From: Hormiphora californensis
Lineage: Eukaryota > Animalia > Ctenophora
Length of the DNA stretch: 64,000 bases
Direction: 5' to 3'
NCBI GenBank assembly: GCA_020137815.1
Contig: CM035354.1
Coordinates: forward strand, 2,666,001-2,730,000
In this document: one piece after another, positions 59,101-64,000 of the stretch
How the letters are laid out: each line of letters begins with the position of its first letter
Position numbering within the stretch: the first letter of the stretch is position 1
Position numbers and translations under genes: made by a program
Notes under the pieces: model-generated
Told to the model about the DNA's origin: nothing
Database searches by the model: none
The model's input: the letters and a program-made list of their open reading frames with translations, nothing else

Positions 59101-61120
59101 GTAGGACAGAACTATAGTTAACTATGAAGGGGAGGGACGAGGGGTGGCGGGCCCCATCAGCCCCACCTCCGGTTTTACCACCCTTAGGAAGGGACGTGAC
59201 AGGGGGCTGCTTTAACAACTTTTGGAAACCAGCCAGACCCGGTTAGGGTTCCTGCACATAGAGTCCCATTACTTTCAATTATTCCCTGCCAAGGAGTCCT
59301 GAAGGAGTCCCACTTGATGGACCAGGCCCGGTCAAGGTACCTACACAGAGAGTCCTAACCAACCCTTTCCTCAGAGATTCCTGAAGGAGTCCCACTTGAT
59401 GGATCAGGCGGTATCCTACCAGTATCAGAGCATGTGGGAGATGTTAAAGGGACGATACCTGAACACTGAGCACTTTGCCAAGGCGGTCAACTTGGAGGCG
59501 TACTATCTGGGATATCTGAATGCAGAGTGTTCTCATCTGGTAACTAGAAACTCGTTTACCATGGTAACCATGCAATATAACATAAGTAACCATAGTAACT
59601 ATAGCAACATGTTAACCATGCGATAGTAACCATGGTAACCATGGTAGCTATACTCTCCTTATACAGGATAACGGTGGGGGAGTTGATCTGAGGAGGTTTG
59701 AACAGGTTGGCACCCACCCCAACCACCCCGAGTATGCCTGCAAACTGGCCCCTATTGGGTGTAGATCGGATAATGATTGTAAGGGACATGGGTTAGCGTG
59801 TCACTGCTACGGAGATAGTTGCGTGGAGAAACTCGAACAGGATGGTCCTAAGTTCTCAGTCAAGGTTAGCAAATAGGGGAGGGTAGAGCGGTGAGTTTGT
59901 TACTTTAACAAGGGTAGAGCGGTGAGTTTGTTACTTTAGCTAGGAGAGAGTGGTGAGTTTGTTACTTTAACTAGGGGAGAGTATACTTGAGTAGAGTTTG
60001 AGTAGCTTCAACCCAATGTATTATTTTCAGGAGAGCAGATACGTGAAGAAAGAGTATGACGAAGACAAGGACAGGTATGACGGGGCAAACCAGTCCTGTT
60101 TCAGCGTCATAACAGCATGTACTTGTGACCAGGTAGGTGCAACACTATGGCAACAGCTCACACTGCAAAGAGAGGTGTCACTATGGCAACACCTCACACT
60201 GCAAAGAGAGGTGTCACTATGGCAACACCTCACACTGCAAAGAGAGGTGTCACTATGGCAACACCTCACACTGCAAAGAGAGGTGTCACTATGGCAACAC
60301 CTCACACTGCAAAGAGAGGTGTCACTATGGCAACACCTCACACTGCAAAGAGAGGTGTCACTATGGCAACCACCTCACACCGCAAAGAGAGGTGTCACTA
60401 TGGCAACCACCTCACAATGCAAAGAGAGGTGTCACTATGGCAACACCTCACACTGCAAAGAGAGGTGTCACTATGGCAACCACCTCACACTGCAAAGAGA
60501 GGTGTCACTATGGCAACACCTCACACTGCAAAGAGAGGTGTCACTATGGCAACACCTCACACTGCAAAGAGAGGTGTCACTATGGCAACACCTCACACTG
60601 CAAAGAGAGGTGTCACTATGGCAACACCTCACACCGCAAAGAGAGGTATCACTATGGCAACACCTCACACTGCAAAGAGAGGTATCGCGATGGCAACCAC
60701 CTCACACCGCAAAGAGAGGTGTCACCATGGCAACACCTCACACCGCAAAGAGAGGTGTCACTATGGCAACCGCCTCACACTGCAAAGAGAGGTGTCACCA
60801 TGGCAACACCTCATACTGCAAAGAGAGGTGTCACTATGGCAACACCTCACACTGCAAAGAGAGGTGTCACTATGGCAACCACCTCACACTGCAAAGAGAG
60901 GTGTCACTATGGCAACACCTCACACTGCAAAGAGAGGTGTCACTATGGCAACCACCTCACACTGCAAAGAGACCCCTCTCTAAGTAGTCTCTTTTCGGCA
61001 CCCTGTCTCGGTTACCCCAGCTCCCACTAAAATTCGCCCTCCAATTTATTTTAGGATTTCAAGCGGATCTGGACAACTGTTTGGTCATCAGATGGCGCGA
61101 GATCACGACGGCACTGGTGA
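56126..61120 (+). CDS. MACPF-domain protein, PsTX-60/AvTX-60-like, with KSPA-repeat N-terminus and signal-anchor TM; 644 aa, 11 coding exons
   Basis: Exons 56126-56476, 56540-56710, 56847-57057, 57211-57316, 57602-57830, 58387-58548, 58886-59059, 59375-59539, 59667-59864, 60031-60132 and 61055-61120 splice in frame. MACPF-like [20 protein letters not shown] and VRGG motifs; Cys-rich GCRSDNDC...CHCYGDSCV tail. Confidence 0.85.
56271..56440 (+). repeat. Coding 12-bp repeat (KSPA x14)
   Basis: AAATCACCTGCT units in frame within the first coding exon. Confidence 0.95.
57813..58190. repeat. 29-bp tandem array spanning an exon end and GTAAGT donor (~13 units)
   Basis: Unit GAGAACCTACCCGCTGTG|GTAAGTATGGA; the first unit is the real exon end ENLPAV. 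Confidence 0.95.
60143..60972. repeat. 36/37-bp intronic minisatellite (~23 units)
   Basis: CACTATGGCAACACCTCACACTGCAAAGAGAGGTGT units fill most of the intron 60133-61054. Confidence 0.95.
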
Positions 61121-61891
61121 AGTAATTGATAAGACTGAAGGCGGAGTTAGGGCGGGTGATTGGAGGCATGTGTGGGATAGTATTATTATAGAGAAACCCC
61201 ATGTAGACCGAGTTTCAGAGTATACATTTTATGCGTTTTCCATAATTTCCAAGCTGAAGCTCTACTGTATAATACAGTGTATTTGTAGTGTGTATATCGT
61301 GTGAAGTGATTTCTCCTAAAACCTGCCTTTATATTATTCGGTGTCTTTTCGGTTGGTGGACAGGTGAAAGGGAAAAGAGGGGAAATGGGGGAAGGAAAGA
61401 AAAGGAAAAGAGAAAGAAGAGAGAGAGAGACGGAGAGAGGCGAGAGGGAAGGGGGAGGCGAGGGAGAGAGAGATCGTTATAGCCTGTTTGGTCGATATCC
61501 TTCTCTCGTATATCTCTCTCTTAGCTCTTATCTCTCTCTCTCTCTTCCTCTCTCGCTCCTCTCTCGCCTCCCCTCTCTCTCTCTCTCTCTCTCTCACTCT
61601 CTCTCCCTCTCTCTCTCTCTGTTCCAGTCTGGTTCTCAGTGCCAACAAGAACTGTCAACGCACTCACTCACGGAGAGTTAGCTCTGTTGTGGAAAGGAAC
61701 ACAGGGCACTAGCTAGATCTAGGACGTGTATTATACGTTGTGTACTGGTACATACCTTCTGATTGAGGTATGTCCCTTTTTCATTTCAATTTTAGCAATT
61801 TTACCGTTGAAATACCCCAGCTTCAGAATCTTTTTGACAGCTCCATTCCTCCTCAGTTGTTCCAGCTTGTTGTTACCTATATCGTCACGCC

Positions 61892-63293
61892 ATGACCATG
61901 CAACCACCAGTACCTACATTCCGACTTGAGGTTGATTCTTCTTACCTAGGTATATGTGATCTGAGTTTTTTCAGTCAGTCTTGTTCTCTGCATGCAGGCC
62001 GCTCTGTTAAACAGAGTCTGTTTGAGAGGGAGCCAAATGAAAATGGGAGGGTGCATGTGTTGATGGTTAAATTTATATTTCAGTTTCTGTCTTGCTAACT
62101 CTGGCACATGTGTTTCAGGTTCTGGTAACTCCTCTGACACATGTTTCAGGTTCTGGTAACTCCTCTGGGAGCGACTACGAGAGTAAGAACACTCCGACTG
62201 CTACATCTGGAAAAGTGAGAAGGCGATCACGTGCCAACAGGTACGGAATAATATAATTAGTAGTAGATATTGTTGTGTGATTGTCCCTAATTTGTTAACT
62301 TCTGACTATCATAGCATCACAAAAACAGATCGTGCAGCATTCCATGGTGCAAATGGCTATCATTGTTAACTACCAACTAACATGTTGTTAACAATGTTAA
62401 TAACATGTTGTTGTTACCAGGCGACCAACAGGAATTAGCCCGACACCCGACTCAGCTGAGACAGCTGACCCTCTGAAAGGGGGCAACCTCTGTCTCTCCC
62501 TGACCATCCCAGACCCAAGTTACAACCAACAACAACAACAAAAGAAGGGCTCCGACCCGATAGCTCGGTTAAAAAAGGTAGTAGCAGTAATATAATCGAG
62601 ATTATTCAAGGACACATTTCCTGATTTCAAAACAGCCCACTTTAAATCAGGAGCTTGAATCGTACCGCGAGAAAGCTGAAGAGAATGAGAGTCAGCTATA
62701 TCGTGATCTGGAGGAGCTGAGAAGGAAGGATTTGCATATAAAGGCCCTCAACAAAACACATCTCAGACTGCAGCAATCATTTCTCCAGGCTCAAAAAGAC
62801 ATGGTGGTATGTTAGCTAGGGTGGGTTACTAGGGTGGGTTACTAGGGAGGGTTACTAGGGAGGGTTACTAGGGAGGGATACTAGGGTGGGTTACTAGGGA
62901 GGGTTACTAGGGAGGGTTACTAGGGTGGGTTACTAGGGAGGGTTACTAGGGAGGGTTACTAGGGAGGGTTACTAGGGAGGGTTACTAGGGTGGGATACTA
63001 GGGAGGGTTACTAGGGTGGGTTACTAGGGTGGGTAACTAGGGTGGGTTACTAGGGAGGGTTACTAGGGAGGGTTACTAGGGAGGGTTACTAGGGTGGGTT
63101 ACTAGGGTGGGTTACTAGGGAGGGTTACTATAAGGTTACCAGGGTTACCAGGGAGGGTCGAACTGTTTTAAATAATTTTTCCAATCTTCTTCAGAGAGTG
63201 AACCTATTGAAAGAAGAGAACGAGAAAATGGGAAAAGAAAACCAATCTCTGATAAGAATCATCTCAAAACTATCTCAGGATCTTGACCAATGA
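61892..63293 (+). CDS. MYPT1/PPP1R12 C-terminus-only protein (M20/M21-like, PKG-interacting leucine zipper), ~191 aa, 5 coding exons
   Basis: Exons 61892-61949, 62150-62240, 62421-62577, 62636-62806 and 63195-63293 splice in frame. Contains RRRSRANRRPTGI and ENEKMGKENQSLIRIISKLS. Confidence 0.8.
62815..63155. repeat. 13-bp G-rich intronic array CTAGGG(A/T)GGGTTA
   Basis: About 24 units start 9 nt after the donor at 62807 and fill most of the intron. Confidence 0.95.
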
Positions 63294-64000
63294 GGGGCTG
63301 ACCGAGGGGAGACTTGACCTATCAGGGGGAAGTTGAAGAATTGTTGCATTCTATTTGACCGGCCGGGAAAAGAAAGATACCATTTTGTGTTACCAATACC
63401 ATTTCACATTTATTTCAACATTCCAAAATGAGATGTTTTTGCAACTATGTAGTTCCAGTTCAGAGTTCATATTGCCAATATAATGTCGGTTCCTATACCT
63501 CAACATGCATGTGGCGTGAACGCCATGTGTGTATGTGGAGTGAGAGAGAAGTGAGATAGTGAAAGAGATAGAGGGAGAAACAAAAAGAAAGAAACAGAGA
63601 GAGAGAAAGAGAGAAAAGGAAGGGAGAGAGACGCTTGTTGTGCAGTGCGTAGCAACACAGTCAATTGCTAGCTTACCAACTAACATGCAAATGGTCAGTT
63701 GCTCTGCTTAACAAGCGTCTTTCGCTCCACATCTATTGAGTATCTCTATCTCCCTCTCTCAAACTTGCTCCTTTATAAAACATCCCAGATACTCCTTTAT
63801 AAATTAAATGATCGTGACGTCACGTCATAGACCATATTTTGGCTTATCATGTCTATCATGGCATTGGCAATAATGGAACTCGCATTGACGCGCCTCGCCT
63901 CGCCTTTAGTCTTGTTTGTCCATTCAGACACTTTTATACAATACTGCAGTGCTATTATTGGTCTAAAGCTTGGTTGATTGGAATCAATTGTGTATGGCCA

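Noticed and set aside
59998-61030. Cys/His-rich repeat ORFs ([12 protein letters not shown]) resembling zinc fingers
   Set aside because: An intronic 36-mer between two in-phase MACPF exons; 37-bp variants break the frame.

Overview
This is animal genomic DNA with GT-AG introns, many repeats and several stretches that look like poor-quality consensus. A ctenophore such as Pleurobrachia is my guess from the repeat and GPCR style, and it is unverified. Six host genes can be read: (1) a large Trio/kalirin-like spectrin-DH-PH-kinase gene on + (~1.85-34.1 kb) whose kinase looks catalytically dead; (2) MEF2; (3) a C6orf163-like coiled-coil gene on -; (4) an intronless class A GPCR on -; (5) an 11-exon, 644-aa MACPF protein resembling sea-anemone PsTX-60/AvTX-60 toxins but with a KSPA-repeat N-terminus and an internal TM anchor; (6) a 191-aa gene encoding only the MYPT1/PPP1R12 C-terminus (M20-like). 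A ~21-kb intron of gene 1 holds nested transposons. One is a 5'-truncated Gypsy element with an intact 639-aa RanBP2-zinc-finger accessory ORF where env would normally sit. The others are a 1.37-kb foldback element with an 8-bp TSD inside pol, a TA-TSD MITE and a frameshifted LINE. The most striking window-wide pattern is that many introns in four genes contain tandem copies of their own splice donor, or of their acceptor plus exon edge. In addition, a 109-bp hAT-like MITE repeatedly sits just inside 5' splice donors. All gene models were read by eye and have no transcript support.
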